A stretch of 58,823 nucleotides of DNA from Meiothermus sp. (GCA_040290145.1 PSML01000003.1:1-58823), one strand, 5' to 3'; shown: positions 1 to 12,476, counted from the first letter of the stretch. Notes: generated from the letters alone by a model not told the origin. A program made the numbers and translations.

Positions 1-80
1 GGATTGGCCCCTATGGAGTATCTGGCTAGACTGAAGGAAGGTGGTTCCCAGTCCAGAATGTATTGACCAATTACACACCC

Positions 81-109
81 TTGACACCTTTTTAGGGGTT
101 TGGTATTCT
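81..109 (+). promoter_or_regulatory. Sigma-A type promoter of the 23S-5S-tRNA operon (TTGACA-17 nt-TATTCT)
   Basis: ttgaca at 81-86, exact 17-nt spacer, tattct at 104-109, about 90 nt upstream of the 23S 5' end. A second TTGACC lies at 63-68. Confidence 0.6.
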
Positions 110-156
110 TCTCGTTGCGCCTATCTTCGGGTAGGCGGGGGATCATGAAAAGCGGG

Positions 157-171
157 CAGTGAAGGGGAGCG
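157..171 (+). other. 5' half of the rRNA processing stem (pairs with 3088-3102 downstream of 23S)
   Basis: cagtgaaggggagcg (157-171) is near-perfectly complementary to cgctctccctcactg (3088-3102). The two flank the 23S as an RNase III-type stem. Confidence 0.45.
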
Positions 172-199
172 GCGATGACGAGGCGAGTCATAGCTGCGA

Positions 200-3075
<2,876 letters not shown>

Positions 3076-3145
3076 TCATCTACTGAGCGCTCTCCCTCAC
3101 TGCTCGTGAATTCCCCAGGTCCTTTGAGAGCGAGAACAATAGTTA

Positions 3146-3265
3146 CCCCTGTGCCCCTAGCGGCGTGGAACCACCCGTTCCCATTCCGAACACGGCAGTG
3201 AAACGCGCCTGCGCCGATGGTACTCGGCCCGCAAGGGCCCGGGAGAGTAGGGCGGTGCAGGGGTT
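3146..3265 (+). rRNA. rrf: 5S ribosomal RNA
   Basis: CCGTTCCCATTCCGAACACGGCAGTGAAACGCGCC...GGGAGAGTAGGGCGGTGCAGGGG are typical 5S motifs. Lies about 70 nt after the 23S. Confidence 0.85.
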
Positions 3266-3274
3266 TTATGTTTT

Positions 3275-3350
3275 GCGGGAGTAGCTCAGTTGGTAGAGCA
3301 CAACCTTGCCAAGGTTGGGGTCGCGGGTTCGAGTCCCGTCTCCCGCTCCA
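3275..3350 (+). tRNA. tRNA-Gly (anticodon GCC), CCA encoded
   Basis: GCGGGAGTAGCTCAGTTGGTAGAGCA...anticodon loop TTGCCAA...GGTTCGAGTCCCGTCTCCCGCTCCA forms a cloverleaf. A 23S-5S-tRNA-Gly arrangement is typical of Thermus. Confidence 0.93.
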
Positions 3351-3354
3351 AGCT

Positions 3355-3390
3355 AAAACCTCAGAGACCTCGATCTCTGAGGTTTTTTAT
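3355..3390 (+). terminator. Rho-independent terminator of the rRNA operon
   Basis: cctcagaga/tctctgagg 9-bp stem followed by tttttt. Confidence 0.8.
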
Positions 3391-3420
3391 TGCTAACCTG
3401 TACAATCCACTGAAGAGCTC

Positions 3421-4524
3421 ATGGACTGGTTCAAGGCGACCTATCACCTCGAGTCCACCCCCGCCGACATCGAGGCTCGGGCAGAGGCGCTGGCCATCGA
3501 GCAGAGCCTGGAGATGCCCCCTTCGGCGGTGCGACAGCCGGAGATTCTGCGGGATATCCTGGCCAGAGTCGAATCCATCGAGCCTGCGGAGCCAGGGTAT
3601 TTTCGGGTAACCCTCGAGATGTCGGTAGCGACCACCGGGCTTCAGGCCGCCGGGCTGCTCAACGTGCTCTTTGGCAACTGCGCCTTGCAAGAGGACGTGG
3701 AGCTGGTGGACGTGGAGTTTCCGCCGAGCCTGCTCGAGGTCTTCCCCGGCCCCCAGTACGGGATTCTAGGGCTGCGGAACCTCCTTGGCGTCCATGACCG
3801 GCCCCTCACCTGCACCGCGCTCAAACCCCAGGGCCTCGGCCCCCAGGGGCTGGCCGACCTGGCCTACACGTTCGCCTCAGGGGGCCTCGACGTGGTCAAG
3901 GACGACCACGGGATCACCAACCAGGCCTACGCGCCCTTTCACCGCCGGGTTCCGGCGATTCAGCGAGCGGTGGAGCGGGCTAACCGCGAGACCGGCGGGC
4001 GCACCCTCTACGCCCCGATGCTGGCTGGAAGCCCCCGGGTGCTCGAGGAAAACCTGCGGGTGGCTCGAGGCGAAGGGATCCAGGCCGTGCTCGTCGCGCC
4101 GATGCTCATTGGCTTGCCCCTCTTCGAGGAACTCGTGCGGAATCTGGGGCTGGTGGTGCTGGCGCACCCGGCCTTCGCGGGGAACCGGATCAGGCCGCCT
4201 TTGTTCTTCGGGAAGCTGTTCCGCCTCTTCGGGGCGGACGCGGTCATCTATCCCAACCACGGCGGGCGCTTTTCCTATAGCAGCGAGACCTGTATGAGCC
4301 TGGCCCAAGCGGCCCGGGCTCCTTGGGCCCACCTCCGGCCCGCGCTACCTGTCCCGGCGGGGGGGATGACCGTCGAGCGGGTGGAGGAGATCCTAGGGTT
4401 TTACGGCCTGGACACCATGCTTTTGATCGGGGGGAACCTGCTGGCGGCAGGGGAAGGGGTGCTCGAGCGGACCCGGGCCTTCGTGGGACGGGTGGCGGCA
4501 AGCTCGGTTGGATTTGCGCGTTGA
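3421..4524 (+). CDS. RuBisCO-like protein (form IV RuBisCO large-subunit homolog, RLP)
   Basis: 367 aa. Contains GGLDVVKDDHGITNQ, which matches the RuBisCO active-site GGLDFTKDDE region (Lys retained, Glu replaced by His), plus other RuBisCO large-subunit-like blocks. No small-subunit gene is present. Confidence 0.7.
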   Translation: MDWFKATYHLESTPADIEARAEALAIEQSLEMPPSAVRQPEILRDILARVESIEPAEPGYFRVTLEMSVATTGLQAAGLLNVLFGNCALQEDVELVDVEFPPSLLEVFPGPQYGILGLRNLLGVHDRPLTCTALKPQGLGPQGLADLAYTFASGGLDVVKDDHGITNQAYAPFHRRVPAIQRAVERANRETGGRTLYAPMLAGSPRVLEENLRVARGEGIQAVLVAPMLIGLPLFEELVRNLGLVVLAHPAFAGNRIRPPLFFGKLFRLFGADAVIYPNHGGRFSYSSETCMSLAQAARAPWAHLRPALPVPAGGMTVERVEEILGFYGLDTMLLIGGNLLAAGEGVLERTRAFVGRVAASSVGFAR

Positions 4525-4563
4525 GCTCTGCTCCTCGAGCCCATCCCGGCGTACACTAAAGCG

Positions 4564-5007
4564 GTGGCGAAGGTTAGGCGTTCACACCCGGGGTATCGCT
4601 GGGAAGAGGTAGAGGTGCGCGAGTACAAGGCCGAGGGCTCGGCCCCTTTCGCGGGCGTGACCCGGCAGGTGTTGTTTGAAGACCCCGGTCTCTTGGCCGA
4701 GTGGCGCTACTTTGAGGTGGCCCCGGGCGGGCACACCACCCTCGAGCGCCACCAGCACGTCCACGCGGTGATGGTGCTCTGCGGGCGGGGGAGATGTCTG
4801 GTGGGGGAAGAGGTGTATGGTCTCGAGCCTTACGATTTGGTGAGCATCCCGCCCCTGACCTGGCACCAGTTCCAGGCCGCCGAGGACCAGCCCTTAGGGT
4901 TTTTATGCCTGGTCAACGCCGAGCGGGATCGGCCCCAGCTGCCTACGGCGGAGGACCTCGAGGCCCTGCGGCAAAACCCCAGCGTCGCGGCTTTTATCCG
5001 CACCTGA
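4564..5007 (+). CDS. Cupin-fold protein paired with the RLP
   Basis: 147 aa, GTG start. His-rich beta-barrel region HTTLERHQHVHAV...G. Lies 39 nt downstream of the RLP. A TACACT hexamer sits 6 nt before the GTG. Confidence 0.55.
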   Translation: MAKVRRSHPGYRWEEVEVREYKAEGSAPFAGVTRQVLFEDPGLLAEWRYFEVAPGGHTTLERHQHVHAVMVLCGRGRCLVGEEVYGLEPYDLVSIPPLTWHQFQAAEDQPLGFLCLVNAERDRPQLPTAEDLEALRQNPSVAAFIRT

Positions 5008-5042
5008 TGGGGCTCTTTGGGGTAGCCGGCAGCGGTGGGAGA

Positions 5043-6260
5043 TCAGGCCTCCGGGACCTCCAGGTTGGGGATGTAATCGAAGGCGATCCGTGCCTCACCC
5101 CGGGGCTTTTTTGCCCCTATCCCGGCGAAGTGTAGGGTATACGCCCCAAATTTCTGGTTGGCCCGGTCCATGGCCTGGGCCAGCCGGATGAGCTTCCCAT
5201 CCCCCTCGAAAAGCGGCCAGGAAACCTCGGGATCAGCCCGCAGACGGCCCAGGACCACCCCCACCTTGAGGGGGGTTCCGCGGGGTTTACCTTTCCATAA
5301 CCGATCGGTCGCCCGGATTAGGGTCAGGGTATCCTGGCAGGGAGGAAGCCGAGATTCCCCGTGCCAGGTCGAGCGGCCCAGATAGGCTACGAACACGCGG
5401 ATCGAGCCCGTCCAGTACTGCTCGTGCCGTAACCTCGCCGCCACCTTATGGACCAGCCTCATCAGGACAGCCTTGGCCTGCTCGTCGCTGCGCTCCTCGG
5501 GCGGGAGGACCCGCGAGTGGCCCATGGAGCGGCGCGGGGTGGGCGCTTGGGGCAAATCCTCGCCGCGCAGACGCTGCCACCAGGAGGTGCCCACCCGTCG
5601 GCTTCCCCAGATGCGCGAAAGCTGATCGGGGCTCAGCGCGTAGAGTTCCTCCAGGTTCGTGACCCCGAAGCGGTGAAACCGGGCCTCCATGCGTGGGCCG
5701 ATGCCGGGGAGGTCGCGTAGCCCTAGCCCGAAGAGGGCTTGGGGGAGATCCTGGGGCTCGAGCAGGGTGAGCCCGTCGGGCTTTTCCATATCCGAAGCCA
5801 CCTTGGCCAACAGCCGGTTCGGCCCCAACCCCACCGAGCAGCGCAGACAGGGCCCCACCCGGGTTTGGATGGCCTGCTTTACCGCCTGGGCTAGCGGTAC
5901 CGCCCGGTGAGGCTCTCTCTCCGCGCCGACCAGTTGGCAGACCACCTCGTCAATCGAGAGCACCGCCTGCACCGGGAGTACGCTCTCGATGGCCTGCAAG
6001 ATCTCCTGGTGAACCCCGATATAAAGCCGGGGCCGGGCCTCTACGATCTGGATGCCGGGGCAGAGGAGGCGGGCCTCCCAGACCGGGGTGCCGGTTTTGA
6101 CCCCGTAGCGCTTGGCCTCATAGCTCGCCGCGATGCAGCAGGTGGACTCGGCCAGCACCGGCACCACCGCCACCGGCTTGCCGCGCAGCTCGGGTCGGGC
6201 CTGCTGCTCGACCGAGGCGAAGTAGGCGTTCATATCCGCGAAAAGATAGTTCACCGACAT
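5043..6260 (-). CDS. dinB: DNA polymerase IV (Y-family translesion polymerase)
   Basis: 405 aa. Starts MSVNYLFADMNAYFASVEQ, a UmuC/DinB-type N-terminus, and carries Y-family fingers/palm motifs. Confidence 0.8.
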   Translation of the reverse strand: MSVNYLFADMNAYFASVEQQARPELRGKPVAVVPVLAESTCCIAASYEAKRYGVKTGTPVWEARLLCPGIQIVEARPRLYIGVHQEILQAIESVLPVQAVLSIDEVVCQLVGAEREPHRAVPLAQAVKQAIQTRVGPCLRCSVGLGPNRLLAKVASDMEKPDGLTLLEPQDLPQALFGLGLRDLPGIGPRMEARFHRFGVTNLEELYALSPDQLSRIWGSRRVGTSWWQRLRGEDLPQAPTPRRSMGHSRVLPPEERSDEQAKAVLMRLVHKVAARLRHEQYWTGSIRVFVAYLGRSTWHGESRLPPCQDTLTLIRATDRLWKGKPRGTPLKVGVVLGRLRADPEVSWPLFEGDGKLIRLAQAMDRANQKFGAYTLHFAGIGAKKPRGEARIAFDYIPNLEVPEA

Positions 6261-6298
6261 GGCTACCTCCTGGGCTCGAGGGGTTGCTTTACGAAAAT

Positions 6299-6327
6299 AA
6301 CATAATTCAAATTGACTAAATTTGCAA
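6299..6327 (-). promoter_or_regulatory. dinB promoter (TTGCAA-17-TATGTT) with the imperfect palindrome CAAATTgactaAATTTG in the spacer (putative SOS/LexA-type operator)
   Basis: -35 at 6322-6327, -10 at 6299-6304, 6-5-6 palindrome at 6308-6324. RBS GGAGG lies before the ATG at 6260. Confidence 0.35.
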
Positions 6328-6406
6328 CGGATGATCAGTCGGTAAGACTCGAGGCGGCCCCTAGAGATGGCGCGGGCCCGGTGGGCGAAAGGATAGACTA
6401 GAGCCC

Positions 6407-7507
6407 ATGCGCCCGGCTTGGCTCGAGATCAACCTGGACTCGCTGGCCCATAACCTCGCCCTGCTCCGCTCCAAAGCCCCCAGAGCCCAACCCATCGGGA
6501 TCGTCAAGGCCAACGCCTACGGGCACGGGGCGGTGATGGTGGGGCGGGAGTTGCTGCGCCTGGGGGCCTGGGGGCTCGCGGTGGCGACGGTGGACGAGGG
6601 CCGCGCCCTGCGCGCCGCGGGGATCGAGGGTGCGGTCTTGCTGATGGGCAGCCTGCATCCCCAGGAGGCTCGAGCGGTGCTGGAGGCTGACCTCATCGCG
6701 AGCCTCTCCACCTTTGAGGGGGCCCGCTCGCTCGACGCGGCGGCCCGAAGCCTGGGGAAGATCGCCGAGGTGCACCTCGAGTTCGACACCGGGATGAGCC
6801 GGGTGGGGTTCCCCTGGGACCAAGCCCGGCAGGTGAAAGAAGGGCTCGAGCCGCTGCCAAACCTCCGCGTGAGCGGGCTATACTCGCACTTCGCCGACGC
6901 CGAAGAGAACCCCGAGTTCACCCGCATGCAGATCGCCAATTTCCGGCACGTCCAGGAGGTGTGGGGGCCCGGGTATCTGTGTCACCTGTCGAACTCGGCG
7001 GGGCTGTTCAACCATCCCGAGGCGGCCTTCGACGCGGTCCGGCCAGGGATCGCGCTGTATGGGCTTCTGCCCGATCTGGGTCTGAAGCCGATCGCTCGCC
7101 TGCTGGCCAAGCCCACCCTGGTCAAGCCGCTTCCGCCGGGCCGGAAAATCGGTTACGGCGGGCTCTACACCACCCAGGAGGAGGAGTGGATCGCCACCTT
7201 ACCGGTCGGCTACGCCGACGGGATGCCGAGGCCTCTTTACAACCGGGCCACGGTGAGGCTGGGTGCGCATTCCTGCCGGGTGGTGGGGCGGATCTCGATG
7301 GACCAGATCACCGTGCGGCTCCCCGGGCCGGTGGATCTGGAAAGCGTGTTCGAGGTGGTGACGGCAGACTTCGACCCCGGCTCGAGCCTGTGGGGCTGGG
7401 CCGAGATGACCGGCACGGTGAGCTACGAACCGGCGGTACGGCTCGCGGCGCGGCTGCCGCGGGTCTACCTGCGGGGCGGGGTGGAAGTGGCTAGGATTGA
7501 GCCATGA
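6407..7507 (+). CDS. alr: Alanine racemase
   Basis: 366 aa with the PLP-lysine motif VKANAYGHG. Confidence 0.85.
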   Translation: MRPAWLEINLDSLAHNLALLRSKAPRAQPIGIVKANAYGHGAVMVGRELLRLGAWGLAVATVDEGRALRAAGIEGAVLLMGSLHPQEARAVLEADLIASLSTFEGARSLDAAARSLGKIAEVHLEFDTGMSRVGFPWDQARQVKEGLEPLPNLRVSGLYSHFADAEENPEFTRMQIANFRHVQEVWGPGYLCHLSNSAGLFNHPEAAFDAVRPGIALYGLLPDLGLKPIARLLAKPTLVKPLPPGRKIGYGGLYTTQEEEWIATLPVGYADGMPRPLYNRATVRLGAHSCRVVGRISMDQITVRLPGPVDLESVFEVVTADFDPGSSLWGWAEMTGTVSYEPAVRLAARLPRVYLRGGVEVARIEP

Positions 7508-7842
7508 GGGCGGTCAAGCTGTTTCAGGGCTACCTGTGGTTTCCCCGAGGGCTCAGGTTCGAACCCAAGGAGGCCCTCCCCGCCCAACTCGCGCAGGCTT
7601 TGCCGGAGGGCCCGGCCCACCTCCTCCTTGACGAGGTCCGCCCGCCCTTCGCCTTCTTCGAGGACGGAACCCCCACCGAGGGGCAGCGCTTTTTTCAGGT
7701 CACCGTGCTGGTGCGCACCGAGAAAGAACCGCTCGAGCTAAGGGCCCTCGCCGCCCGGGTGAGCGAGGAACTCGACCCCTACCTCCAGGCCACGCCAGCG
7801 GGGGTGGGGTGGCTGCTGCTGGAGGATTTGCGGCGGGTCTAG
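7504..7842 (+). CDS. Hypothetical protein translationally coupled to alr
   Basis: 112-aa ORF that overlaps the alr stop by 4 nt (ATGA). No recognisable domain. Confidence 0.35.
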   Translation: MRAVKLFQGYLWFPRGLRFEPKEALPAQLAQALPEGPAHLLLDEVRPPFAFFEDGTPTEGQRFFQVTVLVRTEKEPLELRALAARVSEELDPYLQATPAGVGWLLLEDLRRV

Positions 7843-7848
7843 GCCGGT

Positions 7849-8622
7849 TCAGAGGCGGATATCGATGTCCAGAGGGTCCTCTTTTGCGGGCTTGCCGGGT
7901 GCGAGGACCTTGCCCGGTTTGGGCCGCAAGCGGCGCGGAAAGGCAAAAGCCAACACGACGGCGAGGAACCCCGCCACCGCCGCCCCGATGGCCCAGGGCA
8001 AGGGGCGGCCCACCGCCCGCACTGGGGCCAGCACCCCGCTTTGGTAGGCCTGGGCCTGGTGGTCGGAGAGCACGTCCACAGCGGCAGGAGCTCCAGCGGG
8101 GGCATCCAAAACCCAGGTTCCCCCACCCGGGCGGGCCGGGCGGAATCCGGTGGGGGTGAACGGGTCGTAGAGGCCCACCGTGACGTAGTAGCCGTAGTCG
8201 CCGGGCGGGAGGTCGGGGAAGACCTCCAGCCAGTCCCCCTCCTTGCGGGCTTGCACCTCCTGGCGGCGGCCATCCGGACGGAGGGATTCGGCGCTCCAGC
8301 CGTTTACCAAGTAGGCCTCGTCCCAGCCTTCCCCGGCGGGGGTTTTGAAGCCCGCGCCGGGGAGTTCCTGACCGCCGCTGCCCGCTCCGCCGGAGCTGTC
8401 TACGTAGATGCCCACCATGGCCAGCGAAAAGCCCAGCGGGGCGGCCTGGGGGTTGGGGTAGCGGGCCAGCCGCACCCGGAGCACCAGCTGCCCATCCCGC
8501 TCGAGGGCCTGGAAGCCGGTCAGGTCGGCAAAGCCGCCCTCCGCGTAGAGGGAGGCCCGGGGGTAGGCGTAACCCAGGCCGTGGTCGTCGCCGAGGGGGT
8601 CGGTGAAGAGGAGGGGAATCAT
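7849..8622 (-). CDS. Hypothetical protein with a single C-terminal transmembrane anchor (possible glucodextranase-like/S-layer-associated domain)
   Basis: Start moved to the internal ATG at 8622 (MIPLLFTDPLGDD...). The hydrophobic segment WAIGAAVAGFLAVVLAFAF lies near the C-terminus. Confidence 0.4.
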   Translation of the reverse strand: MIPLLFTDPLGDDHGLGYAYPRASLYAEGGFADLTGFQALERDGQLVLRVRLARYPNPQAAPLGFSLAMVGIYVDSSGGAGSGGQELPGAGFKTPAGEGWDEAYLVNGWSAESLRPDGRRQEVQARKEGDWLEVFPDLPPGDYGYYVTVGLYDPFTPTGFRPARPGGGTWVLDAPAGAPAAVDVLSDHQAQAYQSGVLAPVRAVGRPLPWAIGAAVAGFLAVVLAFAFPRRLRPKPGKVLAPGKPAKEDPLDIDIRL

Positions 8623-8644
8623 CGCTTGTCCCTCGGCATTCGAC

Positions 8645-9949
8645 TTAGCACAGCGCGATGAGGGCCCGCACGAGCTTACCCGGGTCGTGCTGGGCGTAGG
8701 GGCCGCCCTCGAGAAAATCTCCCCGGATGACCTGCACGCCGATGGCCTCGAGCCTTTCCAGGTCCAGCCGTACCGGCTCCTGGCGCTCGGCCCCATACCG
8801 CGCCAGCAGCTCGGGGCCAATGGGGGCGGTGTGGACCAGCGCGATATCCGGGCGGCGGCCCAGGTGGGTGGCTACCGCCTGGTAGTGCTCGTACACCGAG
8901 AGGTGGTCGGTCTCGCCGACCTCGGTCATCACGTTGGCAATGTAGCAGAGCCGGGCGGGGGACTGCCGGATGGCCTGGGCAATCTGTGGGGGCAGGAAAC
9001 TGGGGATCACGCTGGTGTACAGGCTGCCCGGCCCCAGCACGATCAGGTCGGCGCGGCGCAGGGCCTCGAGGGCTTCAGGCATGGCCGGAACCTCGGCGGG
9101 CTCGAGACCTACCTGGAGGATGCGCCCCTGGCCGTGGCGCAGGCTGGACTCGCCCTCCTCGCGGCTGCCGTCCTCGCGGATGGCCCACAGCTTGGCGGGC
9201 TGGCTGGTGGCCGGCCAGACCGCCCCGCGCAGCCGCAAGATGCTGTTGGCTTCGCGGATGGCCGTGGCAAAGTCGTCCTCCAACTCGTACAGGCTCACCA
9301 ACATAAGGTTGCCGAAGGTGTGGCCCTCGAGCCCGCCACCCCGGGCGAAGCGGTACTGCATTAGGTTGGGCAGACCTTCGGCATCGGAGAGGGCCGCCAG
9401 GCAGTCCACCAAATCGCCCACCGCCGGGATCCCAAAGGAGGTGCGCAGCCGCCCGGTGCTGCCCCCGTCATCGGTAGCGGCCACGATGGCGGTGAGGTTG
9501 GCGGTCTCCTGCTTGAGGCCCCGCAATACCCGGGATAGGCCTGTCCCTCCGCCTAGAGCTACGATGCGTGGACCACTCTCCAGTCGCCGCCGGATGTAGA
9601 CCTGCTCGGGAACGGTGTCGGGATCGGCCAAGGCGGAGAGCACGCTGCGGTTCATCCAGCGGATGCCCAGGAAGACCAGCACGATCCCCAAGGCCATCCA
9701 AAATAGGCCGGAGAGCCACTGCGGCAGATTGAGCAGCACAGCCCAGCGAGCGAGCTGGAAAAACCCGCTCACCAGCGGGCCGTCCCAGGTGAGCTGCACC
9801 ACCCCCAAGAGCAGCAAAAGGCCGCCGGCCAGGGCCACCAGGGCGTAGCGCTTGACCCGCATTCCCGGCAGAAACCAGCGGCGTGAGAGCAACCGCCAGC
9901 GCTTGGGGCGGCGCGAAGCCTCAACCTTGGCCGGGGAATAAGCCCCCAT
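8645..9949 (-). CDS. yvcK: YvcK/CofD-family gluconeogenesis factor (UPF0052) with an N-terminal ~110-aa two-helix membrane extension
   Basis: 434 aa. Contains GGGTGLSRVLRGLK and the CofD-family core. GGGAGG RBS lies before the ATG at 9949. Sits immediately downstream of rapZ. Confidence 0.75.
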   Translation of the reverse strand: MGAYSPAKVEASRRPKRWRLLSRRWFLPGMRVKRYALVALAGGLLLLLGVVQLTWDGPLVSGFFQLARWAVLLNLPQWLSGLFWMALGIVLVFLGIRWMNRSVLSALADPDTVPEQVYIRRRLESGPRIVALGGGTGLSRVLRGLKQETANLTAIVAATDDGGSTGRLRTSFGIPAVGDLVDCLAALSDAEGLPNLMQYRFARGGGLEGHTFGNLMLVSLYELEDDFATAIREANSILRLRGAVWPATSQPAKLWAIREDGSREEGESSLRHGQGRILQVGLEPAEVPAMPEALEALRRADLIVLGPGSLYTSVIPSFLPPQIAQAIRQSPARLCYIANVMTEVGETDHLSVYEHYQAVATHLGRRPDIALVHTAPIGPELLARYGAERQEPVRLDLERLEAIGVQVIRGDFLEGGPYAQHDPGKLVRALIALC

Positions 9950-10058
9950 TTAGAGCCTCCCGAAAGCGACGGGGTTTCGCCCAGTGACGGAACGCCGTCC
10001 CCTAAGCCGAAGACGATCTGAGCCGATGGCCAAAGCTTGAAGTCTGAAGGGCATGGGC

Positions 10059-10883
10059 TTACTCCTTGGTGACGTCGCGGTGCTCAACCTCTATCCGTAG
10101 ACGGCCCTCCAGCTCGCGGGCCAGCCGCTCCACCACCGCCACGCTGCGGTGCTTTCCCCCGGTGCAGCCAACCGCTACCGTGTAGGCCCCCCGGCCCTCG
10201 GCTTTGGCCCCCTCAGCAGCCAGCCCGGCAGTGCTGCGCAAGGCCCCGTAGAAGGGCTCGTGCTCGGGTCTGCCAAAGACGTACGCGGCCACCTCAGGGT
10301 CGGTGCCGGTGCGCGGTTTGAGCGCAGGGACGTAGTGGGGATTGGGCAAGCTGCGCACGTCCAGCACCAAGTCGGCGTCCTGGGGCGGGCCCCACTTGTA
10401 GCCGAAGGAGATGAGCCGCAGCACGAAGCCCTCCTCCTCGCCCAAGGCCTCCTCGAGCACATCCTTGAGCTCGCGGGCGCTCTTGTCGCTGGTGTCGATC
10501 ACCAGATCGGCCCGTGCCCGCAAGGGAGCCAGGGTCTGCCGCTCGGCGTCGATCTCGGCGAGCAGATTGCCCACCCCCAGGGGGTGCAGCCGGCGGGAGA
10601 GGTTGTAACGCTTGAGCAGGATCTCCGAGCGGGCCTCAAGGTAGATGAGGAAGGGGTTGAGTGCCTGCAAAACCCCTTCCACCTCGTGCAGGAGTTTTCC
10701 GGCGCGGATATCCACCACCACCGCGGCCCGCTCGACCCCGGCTTTCCCCAGGTGCTCCAAGAGGCTGGTCCACAGGGCCGGGGGTAGGTTATCCACGGAG
10801 AAATAGCCCAGATCCTCCAGGGCGAAGCGGGCGGTGGTCTTGCCCGCCCCGCTCTGCCCGCTGACCACCACGAAACGCATCAC
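10059..10883 (-). CDS. rapZ: RNase adapter protein RapZ (YvcJ, P-loop NTPase)
   Basis: 274 aa. Starts MMRFVVVSGQSGAGKTT (Walker A). Conserved rapZ-yvcK pairing. Confidence 0.85.
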   Translation of the reverse strand: MMRFVVVSGQSGAGKTTARFALEDLGYFSVDNLPPALWTSLLEHLGKAGVERAAVVVDIRAGKLLHEVEGVLQALNPFLIYLEARSEILLKRYNLSRRLHPLGVGNLLAEIDAERQTLAPLRARADLVIDTSDKSARELKDVLEEALGEEEGFVLRLISFGYKWGPPQDADLVLDVRSLPNPHYVPALKPRTGTDPEVAAYVFGRPEHEPFYGALRSTAGLAAEGAKAEGRGAYTVAVGCTGGKHRSVAVVERLARELEGRLRIEVEHRDVTKE

Positions 10884-10895
10884 TTGAGTATAAGC

Positions 10896-11378
10896 CTAAG
10901 GCTTGGTCACCTTGAGCAGCTCCACGTCGAAGATCAGGGGCGAGTTGGCCGGAATATCTGGGCTGGGGCTAGCCGCCCCGTAGGCCAGGTTGGCCGGGAT
11001 AAGGAGCCGCCGGTGGCCGCCCACTCTCATGCCCACGATCCCCGAGTCCCAGCCGGGGATGACCTGCCCGGCCCCCAGACGGAAAGAGAAGGGCTGGCCC
11101 CGGTCGCAGGAGGTGTCGAACTGTTTCCCGTCGGCCAGACGCCCGATGTAGTGGACTTCCACGGTGTCCCCGGTGATGGCCTCGGCGCCGGTGCCGACCA
11201 CGGCATCCTCGATCTTTAGCGCGGTGATGCTCTGGGGATTGATCTGGACAGCCTTTGGGCGGTTGGCGCAGAGGGTGGGGCTAGCCGCGGCGGCGTTGGG
11301 GCGGTTCAGCAGGAAGATGGCCCCGGCTCCCAGCAGGACCAAAGCCACGGCGAGGGCAGTCAGGGTAGTCCGGTTCAT
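10896..11378 (-). CDS. FKBP-type peptidyl-prolyl cis-trans isomerase (secreted/lipoprotein)
   Basis: 160 aa with a signal peptide and the FKBP domain ([18 protein letters not shown]...[15 protein letters not shown]). Confidence 0.8.
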   Translation of the reverse strand: MNRTTLTALAVALVLLGAGAIFLLNRPNAAAASPTLCANRPKAVQINPQSITALKIEDAVVGTGAEAITGDTVEVHYIGRLADGKQFDTSCDRGQPFSFRLGAGQVIPGWDSGIVGMRVGGHRRLLIPANLAYGAASPSPDIPANSPLIFDVELLKVTKP

Positions 11379-12457
11379 AGCGCCGATTGTATTGGGCTGA
11401 GATGAGAGGCGTCAGCCCTTCCGGCGGGCTGCTGTAGCGCGAGTTGTCCACAGGCCGCTCCCACGTCACGTCCCCGGCTCCAGCGCACCGAGACCGGGAC
11501 CCCCCTCCGCTCGAGGGTAGCGGCGAACCCCAGGATCTTCTCCCTGCCCGTACCCTGGTGTGGGGCGCCTTCCCAGGGGTTCCAGGGGATCAGGTTGACG
11601 TGCGCCGAGAGCCCCGTGAGGAGTCCGGCCAGGGCCTTGGCCTGCCAGGGGTGGTCGTTCAGGCCCCTCAGCATGGTGTACTCGAGCGTCACCCGCCGCT
11701 TGGTCTTGGCGTAGTAGTGCCGCACCGCTTCCATGATCTCGGCGATGGAGTAGCGGTGGGCGGTGGGGATGATCTTCTGCCGGGTCTCGTCGTCGGGGGC
11801 GTGGAGCGAGAGGGCCAGCCGCACCCCCAGGTCTTCCTCGGCCAAGCGGTAGATGCCACGCGGGATGCCCACCGTGGAGAGCGTGATCCGGCGCGGGCTC
11901 ATGGCCAGGGCCTGCGGGTCGAGCATCCGGCGAATGGCCTCGAGTACCTGGTTCAGGTTGAGCAGGGGCTCGCCCATCCCCATCAGCACCACGTTCCTGA
12001 TCTCCCGCGGCGAGTGGCGCCGGTGATGGGCGGCGAAGAGGATCTGGTCGAGGATCTCCGCTGGGGTGAGGTTACGGCCAAAGCCCATCTTCCCGGTGGC
12101 ACAAAAGGTACAGGCTGCCGGGCAGCCCACCATGCTGGAGATGCAGATGGTCTTGCGGCCTGCGTAGGGCATGTAGACGGCCTCGGTCTTCTGGCCATCC
12201 CAGAGGGTGTAGAGGTACTTCACCGAGCCGTCCTGGCTCACGAAGGGGGTCACCTGGGCGAACTCGGAGACCCGGTACTCCTGGGCTAGCTCCTGCCTCA
12301 AACTTTTGGGGAGGTCGGTCATCTCGGCCCAGTCCCGGGCTCCCTGGCTATACAGCCAGCCCGCGATCTGCCCCCTGCGGTAGCCCTCCCCGGGCAAGGC
12401 TTGGGGGCTGAGGCCCAGAATGGGAGAGCGGGGGTCAGCGACCGGGGGCGAATCCAT
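11375..12457 (-). CDS. rlmN: 23S rRNA (A2503-C2)/tRNA methyltransferase RlmN (radical SAM)
   Basis: 360 aa with CxxxCxxC ([11 protein letters not shown]) and RlmN-specific blocks. Confidence 0.85.
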   Translation of the reverse strand: MDSPPVADPRSPILGLSPQALPGEGYRRGQIAGWLYSQGARDWAEMTDLPKSLRQELAQEYRVSEFAQVTPFVSQDGSVKYLYTLWDGQKTEAVYMPYAGRKTICISSMVGCPAACTFCATGKMGFGRNLTPAEILDQILFAAHHRRHSPREIRNVVLMGMGEPLLNLNQVLEAIRRMLDPQALAMSPRRITLSTVGIPRGIYRLAEEDLGVRLALSLHAPDDETRQKIIPTAHRYSIAEIMEAVRHYYAKTKRRVTLEYTMLRGLNDHPWQAKALAGLLTGLSAHVNLIPWNPWEGAPHQGTGREKILGFAATLERRGVPVSVRWSRGRDVGAACGQLALQQPAGRADASHLSPIQSAL

Positions 12458-12476
12458 AACGCCTCAGTATAGCCGC

